Source of the DNA: Macrostomum lignano
Lineage: Eukaryota
DNA: 64,000 nt
Direction: 5' to 3'
NCBI GenBank assembly: GCA_002269645.1
Contig: NIVC01001751.1
Span: 62,001-126,000, forward strand
Shown: one piece after another, positions 1-11,700 of the stretch
How positions within the stretch are numbered: the stretch's first letter is position 1
Layout of the letters: each line of letters starts with the position of its first letter
Position numbers and translations under genes: made by a program
The notes under the pieces: model-generated
What the model was told of the DNA's origin: nothing
Databases searched by the model: none
What the model saw: the letters and a program-made list of their open reading frames with translations, nothing else

Positions 1-686
1 CAATACGCACAATTCTATTAATAGCAGAATGGCATGTCGTCAGTGCCAAGAGAATCATACTGTGTTACATTCATCAGAATATTAAAAATAATTGGCAACT
101 GACTAAACAATAGACAGGCAACATAATGTACTTTTAATTGCAAACCAGTCAGGGCAGTCCTTGGCACGGTGGATCTGCCAGCTAATAATTTGCATACAAA
201 TAAAGTTCATTACTTTACCTAGTGAGTCATTAAAATTGCTTATTAAATCAGAACTACACGGCGAAATTCTAGATGAATAGAAATCTGCGTTAATGTAAGA
301 CTATTATAAAAGAACTTTTCTCTCTAGCGAATGTACTATTATCTGTACTATAGATAAAATATTAAATATAGAAATTCATTCATTATTACAGCATTAAACA
401 GACAATAGTTTGTATTCATGAAACAGAATCCGAATAACGGTAAGCTACTCGTGTCATATCGAGCTTAGACAATTAATACAAGCTTGCTTAGCATTTCAAA
501 TTTTTATGACTAAATAAATAACCAGGGCTTTCTCCGAGCAATGCTATAAAGCAATGCAAAAGGACTAGTATCATCATCGCATTACTGAGCCCAAATATCA
601 TAATCATCTGTGAAGTAAGATAATTTAAAATTTAACTGTTGTATAGGTGAAAATGTCACAACACATTTCATCAGTCTGCCTAAGTA

Positions 687-1053
687 TTATCAGAGGCAGG
701 GGCTGTGCGCACTCTGGCGCACTTCAAGCGACATTGTCACACAACCGGCGAGAGGCATTGCTGCCCATTCCGCCGACTCCCCTGAGCAGGCACACAAGCG
801 CGCGGATACGTACGCAGTCATACGCACAGGCACACACTCACACAGGAGTGTACAGCGGCCCTAACTTTATTTATCGCTAGGCATGTACACTTCACTGTGC
901 CTTGGGGGTTGGCCCTCAAGCTGGGCGTTAATTGCACGAGCAGAGCCAAGCCGAGATTCCAATTCAGCCCCAAATTCGTGTGACTGCACTTGGAATCGAG
1001 CCTGGGTCGCTGGCACATCAGAGCGCCGCGCCAGACCACTGCACTACGGCTCC
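687..1053 (-). mobile_element. tRNA-derived SINE (family 1, copy 1)
   Basis: The minus strand begins GGAGCCGTAGTGCAGTGG (A-box-like) and later has GGCTCGATTCC (B-box-like). A highly similar ~365-bp copy lies in opposite orientation at 19514-19879, and both copies end at ...CCTGCCTCTGATAA. Confidence 0.8.
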
Positions 1054-1492
1054 TGTATTTTTGTGTAACAGTCGCACACTACGCTCGAAATAACTGGATG
1101 GGCCGCTCAGGCACACTGGCTGGCTGAAACAGTGTCTCTACTTTCAGCTCAGTAGCAAGGCGGGATGCGTCATCTTTTTTATGATACTAAAATAGATTAA
1201 TATTAATGTAACAGCCGTAATGACATTAGCCATCCACAGCCACTGACAATGTACATGCTAGCTTTAGGCTGCAACACCGAGTAGGGCAATAAAAATCGAG
1301 CGGCTGGGGGAGAGTAAGAGGGCCAATAAATGAGTCTCGTCTTAAAAAATACACCAAAAATGCTTCTATTTAAACTGCCTACTGAACTGAAAGTAGCTTA
1401 TGCGCAAATGTGCTGAGTGGCGTCCATTTCGGTTATTATTTACCTTAGCAGTAGCAGTTTCTAATTGATTTCTAGGTCTGTGCATACTTTTA

Positions 1493-4179
1493 TTAAGCGC
1501 CGTAGAAGAGCCTGGCAACCGGATAGCGAACGGCAAAGGCGAGCGCAGTGCAGGCGATCTGCAGAGCAAGCAGCAGCCTGGTTAACTTGGCCTCGTGCAT
1601 CGGGCCGAACAGAACCAGAGCGGCGTTGATGAGGGTGAGGTTGGTCATGCTGGCCCGTTCTTCGCCGTCGCGCAGTTCAACTTTGCATGCGACCAGTCGC
1701 AGCGGCGCGAGAATCCTGCTAGCAACCAGGTAGCAAAGCCGGCCGAGCAGGCTGAGCCGGGCGGGACAGAATTCCACCGTGCTCGGCTGCAGCTGATCTT
1801 TGGCCGGGTCGAATCTGCATCAATTATTTTGGTTTTGTTGCCAGTCTGGACTGAATAAAGGTGTGCATTTGAGCCATTTTGATCGCTCAAATCCTTGATT
1901 TATAAAATTAAATTTATAAAACTTAAATTTATAAAGCCCTCAGGTTGCTAGGATAGAAATACCGGTTGCTAGAATGCAAATACCGGTTGCTAGAATGGAA
2001 ATAGCGGTTCCTTTGGTGGAAATACCGGTTGCTAGAATTGAAATACCGGTTGCTGGGTGGAAATACCGGTTGCTAGGATGGAAATACCGGTTGCTGGGGT
2101 GGAAATACCGGTTGCTGGGGTGGAAATACCGGTTACTAGAATGGAAATACCGGGTGCTAGAATGGAAATACCGGTGGCTAGAATGGAAATACCGGTTGCT
2201 ATGATGAAAATACCCCGGTTGGTAGGATGGAAATACTGGTTGCTAGAATGGAAATATCGGTAGCTAACATGGAAATACCGGTTGCTAGGATGGAAATACC
2301 GGTTGCTAGAATGGAAATACCGGTTGCTAGAATGAAAATATCGGTTGCTAGATTGGAAATGCCGGTTGCTAACATGGAAATACCGCGTTGCTAGAATGGA
2401 AATACTGGTTGCTAGAATGGAAATACCGGTTCCTTTGGTGGAAATACCGGTTGCTAGGATGAAAATACCGGTTGCTAGGATGAAAATACCGGTTAGTAGG
2501 ATGAAAATACCGGTTGCTAGAATGGAAATACCGGTTGCTAGAATGAAAATATCTGTTGCTAACATGGAAATACCGGTTGCTAGGATAGAAATACCGGTTG
2601 CTAACATGGAAATACCGGTTGCTAGGATAGAAATACCGGTTGCTAATATGGAAATAACGGTTGCTAGAATAAAAATATATCGGTTGCTAACATGGAAAAA
2701 CCGGTTGCTAGGATGGAAATACCGGTTGCTAGGATGGAAATACCGGTTGCTAGAATGGAAATACCAGTTGCTAGGATGAAAATACCGGTTGCTAGGATGA
2801 AAATACCGGTTGCTAGGATGAAAATACCGGTTAGTAGGATGAAAATACCGGTTGCTAGAATGGAAATACCGGTTGCTAGAATGAAAATATCTGTTGCTAA
2901 CATGGAAATACCGGTTGCTAGGATAGAAATACCGGTTGCTAACATGGAAATACCGGTTGCTAGGATAGAAATACCGGTTGCTAATATGGAAATAACGGTT
3001 GCTAGAATAAAAATAGATCGGTTGCTAACATGGAAAAACCGGTTGCTAGGATGGAAATACCGGTTGCTAGAATGGAAATACCAGTTGCTATGATGAAAAT
3101 ATCGGTAGCTAACATGGAAATACTGGTTGCTAGAATGGAAATATCGGTAGCTAACGTGGAAATACCGGTTGCTAGAATAATAGAAACCTAAGTTTCCAGG
3201 ATGGTTGGAAATTCCGGTTGCTCTTGAGCAAAGCACCGGTTATGACAGATTGAAGCAAAGCCGAGACTAACCTGGGCAGGCGGTGCCTCGGACACGGCAC
3301 CAGGCGGAACAGCTGCGGTATTGACAGGGCAAAATTGGCCACCTGAGGCAGCTGGAACAGCAGCAAAGTCTTGCTGTAGTGCCCGAGAATGCCAGCAACG
3401 GCGAACAGCATGCCGGAGAAATAGCAGAATGTATCGCCAACAAACACTTGGGCCGGGTAGCGATTGAATCTGTACAGCGCGGCGCACACACCAACATAGG
3501 GCAGCAGCAGGTGCAGCGACAGCCGGTGCCAGTAGGCGAACTCGCCGCCAGCCTCGAGAGCGTTGAAAACAACGAGGGAGCCGGCAATCAGCAAGCTCTG
3601 GCCGGATTCCAGGCCGTTAACTCCGGCATAGATATTAATAGCATTAGTGCAGAATACGGCCAGCATGCCCATGTAGGCGTAGTACAGCGGCCCAAGCTCG
3701 CAGCTCTCAACGCCTAGCAGAGGCCGAAGCGGTAGAGGCACAACAACCCGAGTCCAGCCACGATTGACATAATACACCATCAACAGAGGCAGGGAGGCCA
3801 CGCAGGGTAGTACTAGTTTTACTAGCCAGCGCAGATTCAATGCGTCATCGGCGAAGCCTAGAAATAGCATGCAACAGACGCAGAGCAATGCGGTGATGAA
3901 TAGTACAAAATCGGCGTGCGGAAAATCCACAGGATTGTTTAGCATAGCGTCGGCGAATGGCAGCGGAATGAAGGCGAAAAGCAGGCAGAGATACACTGCG
4001 CCGGCCAGCACACCCTGCGCTTCCGGAATCACCCGGCCGTCCTTCTTGGCCATGTCCCGGCCAGACAGGCCGGCGTCCAGGAACAGCTGACGGCAGCGGG
4101 GCATCAGCCAGGTCAGGCTGGCGAATCCGACGGCGCACAGGCCGGCTGAGACGCCAATCAGCCAATCGGAGTAGGCCAT
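1493..4179 (-). CDS. DPAGT1: UDP-GlcNAc:dolichyl-phosphate GlcNAc-1-phosphate transferase; exons 4179-3272 and 1814-1493 (409 aa)
   Basis: Motifs include FLGFADD, FCTNAINIYAGVNGLE, YPAQVFVGDTFCYFSG, CPRHRLPR and C-terminal NLTLIN...GPMHE...RY...RLFY. A phase-2 GT-AG intron (donor AG|GTTAGT at 3271, acceptor TGCAG|A at 1815) joins PR to FDPAKD in frame. AATAAA overlaps the stop codon. Confidence 0.96.
1942..3223. repeat. 21-bp minisatellite (GAAATACCGGTTGCTAGAATG) filling the DPAGT1 intron
   Basis: About 60 tandem units. Variant units recur 338 bp apart (TTAGTAGG at 2493 and 2831; ATCTGTTGCT at 2551 and 2889), indicating a higher-order duplication. Confidence 0.97.
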
Positions 4180-4199
4180 GAACAATCAACGGCAGAGTG

Positions 4200-4880
4200 G
4201 GAGAAATTGAACCAAATCAGCCAATTAGAGAAGAGCTAGAACAGGGTGGGTAGGATGGGTGGAAATTGGACCAAATTAGCCAATTAGAGAAGAGCTAGAA
4301 CAGGGTAAGTAGGATGGGTGGAAATTGAACCAAATCAGCCAATTAGAGAAGAGCTAGAACAGGGTGGGTAGGATGGGTGGAAATTGAACCAAATTAGCCA
4401 ATCAGAGAAGAGCTAGAACAGGGTGAGTAGGATGGGTGGAAATTGAACCAAATCAGCCAATTAGAGAAGAGCTAGAACAGGGTGGGTACGATAGGCAGAA
4501 ATTGGACCAAATCAGCCAATTATAGAAGAGCTAGAACAGGGTGGGTAGGAAAGGTGGAAATTGGACCAAGTCAGCCAATTAGAGGAGCTAGAACAGGGTG
4601 GGGATATAATGGGGTTGGACTAAATCAACCAATTAGAAAAGGCCTAGGACAGAAAGATAGACCATATTAGCCAATCAGGGAAAGCCTCAATGGATGCAAA
4701 TAGACCAAGTCAGCCAATTAGAGAAGACCTATAGTAGGGTGGGGATAGAGTAGAATTGGACTAAATCAATAAATTAGATGCTTAAGACAAGGTATAGGTA
4801 AGGGTACATAGATACTAGACCAGAAAAATCAACTAAAGTATAAATTTGAGTTAACCAAATCAGCCAATTAAAGAAGGCTT
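4200..4880. repeat. 59-bp tandem repeat, each unit containing AGCCAATTAG/AGCCAATCAG, directly upstream of the DPAGT1 ATG
   Basis: GAAATTG recurs at 4203, 4262, 4321, 4380 and 4439. Units degenerate towards ~4880. Confidence 0.9.
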
Positions 4881-7800
4881 TGAAAAGGATAAGGCAAGGG
4901 TAGAGTAAGTAAAAATCAAACCAAATTATCATTGTCAAAATATAAATGGAAAATAAGCTTATCTATTGGATACACATTAAACAATAACAAAGCAATTAGC
5001 AAGACATTAAGTCTTTTATGGCAGTTAAAATATGGAATATACATGCATCCATATCCACTCTTTGATTGCTCATTTAGTAAAATCTTTAATGCTGTTTGAG
5101 TTGAGTCTTGTTTAAATAATTTAACATTAATTTCAATTTTTGAACTCATTGTGTATATTGTGACAACCTTGACAATATGAATGCCCACTGCCTAGGCAGT
5201 AGTAGATTGTGAATGTAATATATTATATATTATATGTAATATATTCATATTGCTTTGCATAATAACCAATCATGACAGTGATACATGTATACATAATATA
5301 CAATAATATAAGCCACACTTAGAGATACAGCTGCTATTTTCATAAGTTTTTGGATTACAAACATTGCCGTGTCTCTAATAGTGCCAAAGTCTATACTTAC
5401 AGACATGGCCAGCTCTAATATTATAGACTATGTCTCTAAACAATATACTAAATCTTAGTGCCTAAGTCTATACTAATAGACATAGCTAAGCCACTATGTC
5501 TATTATAATATTAGAGCTTATAGACATGGCAAGTTGGCAAAAATGTCTATAATACCTGCAGTGCCAGCAGCTATGTCATTAATATTTAATAGCAAATAAA
5601 TTTATTGCTACAATTTATAACCTATGGACAGCAGCTATGCCTATAGGCTATAATATTTATGCATATATTACAATATTTATATTATAAGTATTAATATACT
5701 ACTATAATAATTTATTACAATCATTGTTATAATGTTATACATTACATTACCATTTACTAGCCTAGCATTACCCCTTTAGCTCCTAACATAATTATATGCA
5801 TTATAAAAATGTCATTTGTAGCATTTTTATAACATTATAACAATGTTATGACAATGATAGTGTTATAGGGGCCGTGAGAGAGGAAAGTTTATCCTATTGC
5901 TGACACCAAATTTGTTGTAGGGGTCGGGGATTACTGGGGATCTTCAGAGCATTTCTTAGGATTTGGGGAGGAAAATCAAATGCAATTTATTCTACTAACA
6001 GGAGTAAGCCTTAGGTTGCTCCTAGTGACGTGGTGTGTCCGAGCGGCAATTCACTGTCTATATTAACTTAAACTAATCCGAGGGAGGGCTACGCAATGGA
6101 TCGGAGTTGCCTGGGAAACAAGGCACACTATAGGGGAATTTTAATAGCTAATAGGGAATGCTGACATGAAGGGGATGCACTTAATAGGGAATTAGATAAG
6201 TGCAGAGTGCCTAATGGTTGCCTAATAGTTGGGAGCTAAATGGTTAGGGAATGCCTAATGGGATAGGGAGACAGAGTAAATGATATTAAGGGAAGAGTCT
6301 GTAGATATGCCAAGGCCTGAGCAAACAGTGCATCTGGATGAAGGGTTAGCAGATCGCCAGGTTAAACTAGAGATCTGGGAAAGAGGGGGGGGGGGGCAAC
6401 ACGCCTGTCCAACTGATAAAGGGAAGGGGGGTTTAGGATAATTGCTTGGGAAGAGACTGTACGTTCTCTTGGGGAGAAGGGGAAAGGCTGTACGCTTATA
6501 GCTGAACAAGACCTTTGGGGGAGAGAGAAGGCAGGGCGCCTTCAAAGGAATGACACAGAGATTAATCTATTTTTAGAACAACTGTTCATTTTGGCTGAAA
6601 GGCAAAGCCTAATACAAAGAGGCAGCCACAGAAGTTGGGCTCTCTACTGATTTATTTGCTTGTATTTATACTAATTTTAGTGAAAATGGCAGACAATTTT
6701 TAACAAATTTATACGATATAATATGTGTTGTATGCAGATTATGGCAAGATACATTATTAAGACAGTTCTTAATAGACAAAAGAAAATATAATACTTTGGT
6801 TAAGAGAGAGCATACAATTTGTGTAACGAGCTTAATGAGTACTAAGGCATTTAAGATAAGGCAATGATTTACTGCTACATCAATAGTATTGGAAAATATT
6901 AGTGTTCTACCGCCGCACCTTTGTACCTCCGTAGCCATAGCTATAGGCTATATAGGCCTATTGAATTTTATCATGCTATCTCCATAGTCACAATTCATTA
7001 TGTTTTAGATAGCCAAATCTCTGTATTCCAAATTTTCCCATAGGCCCTAGCCATATTAAAAATTAACAAAATTAACAAAAACCACTAATTTCCAAAGTTA
7101 AAAGCAAAAATGTAAAGCCAAAGACAAAGTGAAAGCAAGGTCAAGCAAAAAGCAAAAATTTCAAATTTAGTAATTTATAGAGATTTTAGTATAATAGATT
7201 TTAGTTTGGTACAATAAATATAAATGCATTTTATATGAGATAGCCAGTAATATATCTATTTATTTAGCCAAGATTATAAAAATTTAAATTAAAATAACTT
7301 TTCTTTACAAAAAAGATACTTTGTATTTAATTTATATTGTTACAGGAAATTACAAATGGTGCTTCATATCTCTATAATACATAACCATAGCTACCAATTG
7401 CCAATTGGCAAGATCTCCATAGCCACAAGCTATAACCAAATTTTGCTCAAAAAAGTGCCGCCTGAATTTTCCTGTGACCATAGCCATAATTATGGTAGAT
7501 TTGGTAGAAAACTAGAAAATATCCATCCCAGGATCCTAGGATTTGACATTTCTTAATCCTGGGATCCTGGGATTAATAAAATACAAGATTTTGTGACCTC
7601 TAGCCAAAACCAAGGTAGCTTGCTGAATAAATGGGATGACTTGTATGTTGTATACTATAGATTAGTGTTTAATGTAGATTATTCAACATTGAATTAGCTA
7701 CAAAGTTGTCGCATTGACAAACTAAATATGGCCTAATTTAACTAAAACCAATTTTCGAGTGTTTGATATCTATTAGTTCTTAGACTTAGTCCTCTCGTAT

Positions 7801-8739
7801 CCTCTAGTATTTTTTTAAAAAAACGAATGAGTATGAATAGGCTTAGATTTCCTAGAATAAATGTTTCACTAGCCGAAATTCTCTTAGCCATCTCTTAGAC
7901 TTAGCAATTAGCATAATTAGAAAAAAATAACTTAAATTCAGCTAGTAAGTATCCCACTAATGAAAAACGAGAAAGAAAGTAAATAGCTAGGTTCTTCTAG
8001 CAGCTCTTGCTGCAGATTATTTAGCAGTCTTCGAAGATTGATCAAATAGCTGGTGAGCTGGCTGGAGGAGTAAAAATGTAGTAGTAGTAGTAATTTGGCT
8101 CAGGCAAGAAGCCTGTTTGGCCAGTATATGTCAGTGTATTTAATATTAATATTATTTCGATAGCAGGGGCGGATTTAAGGGGGGGGGCGGGGGGGGCGGC
8201 CGCCCCCCCCCCCAAAAGTTTGGTCATGGGTTTATGGCGCCCCCCACTGACGCCCACACCGCCCACATGAAAGGATTCAACCAGGTCCCCAAAGCCTGAC
8301 ATCTCCTGCGCGACCCCCTTTCCGTCATTGGCCCACCCCATATAAAGATTTTCAGCGCCCGCCCCTCCCTCCCAACCAAGACTAGACAGAAGACAGCAGA
8401 GGGTAATAAAATTGTTTTTGCAGGAAATCTAACACTCGTATCAATATGTACGGCCAGAGGACCCAAAGTCTGAGTGCTGAATCACTGCCACACTCCTAGC
8501 TCACAAGTTCTTAACGTACATGCACCCCGCCCCAGTAAGCTAGCATATAGCACTAATGTACTGTCACCCGCCAGGATCCAGACAATGATTAAACCGAATA
8601 TAAGAGGACAACACTGGAGTCTCGGATCATTAAGACAGACACCGGTAGAGAAAAATAAACGTGCCTACAGCTTCAAAAGCAACTGACAGTCACGGTCTTT
8701 ATATTACTGTATATTTAAGCCGCTTCAGGCCTTCAGTAA

Positions 8740-11700
8740 ATGAAGCGAAAAAGCTCAGGCGCAGAAAATCGACGCAAGAAGCGCGTCAAGCTGCTTGAAG
8801 GGAGCGCTGCACAATGCGACAGCATTTCAAAATTTTTAATTACAACTGCAAAAGTAAAGGAGACCTCTGCTGCGACCGCTGGCGCCCTTCCTGCGACCGC
8901 TGGCGCCCATGCTGCGACCGCTGGCGCCCCTGCTGCGACTGCTGCAATCGCTGGCGCCCCTGTTCCAGCCGTTGACGCCCCTGCTGCGTCTGCTGGCGCC
9001 CCTGCTGCGACTGCTGGCGCCCCTGTTCCAGCCGTTGACGCCCCTGCTGCGTCTGCTGGCGCCCCTGCTGCGACTGCTGGCGCCCCTGCTGCGTCTGCTG
9101 GCGCCCCTGCTGCAATCGCTGGCGCCCCTGTTCCAGCCGTTGACGCCCCTGCTGCGACTGCTGGCGCCCCTGCTGCAATCGCTGGCGCCCCTGTTCCAGC
9201 CGTTGATGCCCCTGCTGCGTCTGCTGGCGCCCCTGCCGCGACTGCTGCAATCGCTGGCGCTCCTGTTCCAGCCGTTGACGCCCCTGCTGCGACCGCTGGT
9301 GCCCCTGCTGCGACTGCTGGCGCCCCTGCTGCGTCTGCTGGCGCCCCTGCTGCAATCGCTGGCGCCCCTGTTCCAGCCGTTGACGCCCCTGCTGCGACTG
9401 CTGGCGCCCCTGCTGCAATCGCTGGCGCCCCTGTTCCAGCCGTTGATGCCCCTGCTGCGTCTGCTGGCGCCCCTGCTGCAATCGCTGGCGCTCCTGTTCC
9501 AGCCGTTGACGCCCCTGCTGCGGCGGCTGGCGCCCCTGCTGCGACTGCTGGCGCCCCTACTGCGTCTGCTGGCGCCCCTGCTGCAACCGCTGGCGCCCCT
9601 GCTGCGACTGCTGGCGCCCCTGCTGCGGCGGCTGGCGCTGGCGTGGCAATTTCTGATGATCAAAAATTCCAAAGTCACCATGGACCTGTACTTGATCTTG
9701 GTCTATACGTTGCCGGAGGTCGCTTGTCTGGTACACTGCGAGATGATCTGCGCTATCAGCTTCTGGTTGCTTCATGGACACCACCACTCAACTACACAAT
9801 GCCGCATACTGTTCGGGTGATCAATGGAAAGGCAGAGAAACGCTTCCTGAGGCATGAGCATCTACAGAAGTATCAATTTCTCTGCTATTCTGAAGTTCGT
9901 TCCGGCCTCTTCTGTCGCGTCTGCACGCTGTTCGGGCCTCCTGCTGAGTCTGTACGATGCCAGAAGCTTGGCTGCCTTGTGACGGAGCCCCTAAGTCGGT
10001 ATGATCGGCTTTTTGGATCCAATGGCTACATCACTTCCCACGAGGCGACAGATTATCACAAAACGGCCACAGTTCGAGCGGCTGCCTTTAAACTGCATCT
10101 GACAGCTCGCACCAATGTTGTCAAACAACTGGACAGCAACAGGAAGCGACAGGCAGAGGAGAATCGCGAGCGTTTGCGGCCAATCGTGAAAACCATTCTG
10201 CTGTGTGGCAGGCAGAACATTCCGCTTCGTGGACATCGGGATAATGGACCACTTCTTGCTGAAGACTACAGCAAGTCACTGACAGCAGCAAGTTCAGGAA
10301 ATTTTCGTGCTCTGCTGCAGTTCCGCATCGAGGCTGGCGACAAAGCGCTGCAGTGCCATCTGGAGAACACAGCTGCCAATGCGACGTACATTAGCAAAAC
10401 AACTCAAAATGACCTCATTGAAGCCGCTGGCTGCGTCATTCAGGAGACTCTGGCAGCTAGGGTGAACGCAGCAAAATATTTCTCTGTGCTAGTAGACGAA
10501 ACATGCGACATCTCCAAGAAAGAACAGATGGCAGTCGCTGCGCGGTATGTGGATGCAGACAACATCATCCGAGAAGATTTTCTTGGATTTGTGCACGTCA
10601 CAGACCAATCTGGTGCAGCTATTGCTGCCTCGATTTTTGAATTCTTGGAGAAGCTGGGCATCGATCATCACCAGCTTGTCGGCCAAGGTTACGACGGCGC
10701 CGCTGCTATGCGGGGCCAGTTCAATGGTGCGCAAGCGCATGTGCAGCAGAAGTGTCCGTCAGCCCGCTACGTTCACTGTGCCAGCCATTGCCTGAATCTT
10801 GTGCTCGTCCACGCCTGCCAAGTTCCCAATGTTCGCAATGCTCTCGGCGTTGTGACAGAAGTTGTCAATTTTGTCGACGCATCACCAAAGCGCCTGAAGC
10901 TATTTGAGGACATTGCAAGCCAAAATGCTGGGACTGGTCGCCAGCGTAGATTGCAGGCTCTGTGTGAAACACGATGGGTCGAACGACACGATGCTGTGCT
11001 GGTCTTCTTCCAGCACTTCGCCTCCATCGTCGAGTTCCTCGCGTTCTGCGAGTCCAGCTCGACACTTGACGCGCGAACAACAGCAAAGGCGCACATTCTG
11101 AAGGCAGCCTGCTCAACCCCGAATTTCATTGTGGCATTGAGCGTCATGCGTGAAGTTATGAGCGTAACGAAGCCGCTCTCCAGCTATCTACAGAAAGTTG
11201 GCATTGATCTCTTCATGGCTGACAAGCACATCCGAAGCGTTCGCAACGCATTGCAGAAGCGTCAGGAGGAGGCCGAGCAATCTTTCAAAAGTGTGTGGTC
11301 GGCTGCGTGCGAAGCATCAGCTGCAGCAGGCGTTGAGTTGTGCGTTCCACGCTCACGCTGTGTTGCACGAGGCCGAGGTGGGCAGCCACATCACAGCGAA
11401 ACACCTGAAGATCACTTTCGGCTCAGCACTTACTGTCCATTTCTGCAGCAGATCCTGGCTCAGTTCGACTGCCGCTTCAATGAACAGAATTCCATGCTTC
11501 TGCGACTGACGTGTCTGCTTCCAAGGTTCATCCAGCTGTACGATTTTGAAGATCTGAAGCCCGTTGTTGAGCAGTTTGGCAGCTTTTTGGAAGGCAGCGA
11601 CATTGTTGCTGGTGAGTTCGACTGCTGGAGGAACCTGTGGAAGGGCCAAAAATCAAGCCCGAAGGCAGACACGGCGATCAGTGCCCTGGCCGACTGCGAC

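Noticed and set aside
1942-3223. GTTGCT..GGAAAT in the 21-mer as an RFX X-box array
   Set aside because: The half-site spacing (5 nt) is too long and the second half-site deviates from the consensus.
1974-3236. ORFs such as MEIPVAR.. and ILATGIS..
   Set aside because: They are translations of the 21-bp intronic array of DPAGT1.
5860-6600. Higher-GC island within the AT-rich block
   Set aside because: It has no interpretable ORF or termini. It is probably a decayed repeat but cannot be classified.
8836-9820. Overlapping Gln-rich, Arg/Ser-rich and Leu/Pro-rich ORFs
   Set aside because: They are alternative frames of the transposase repeat.
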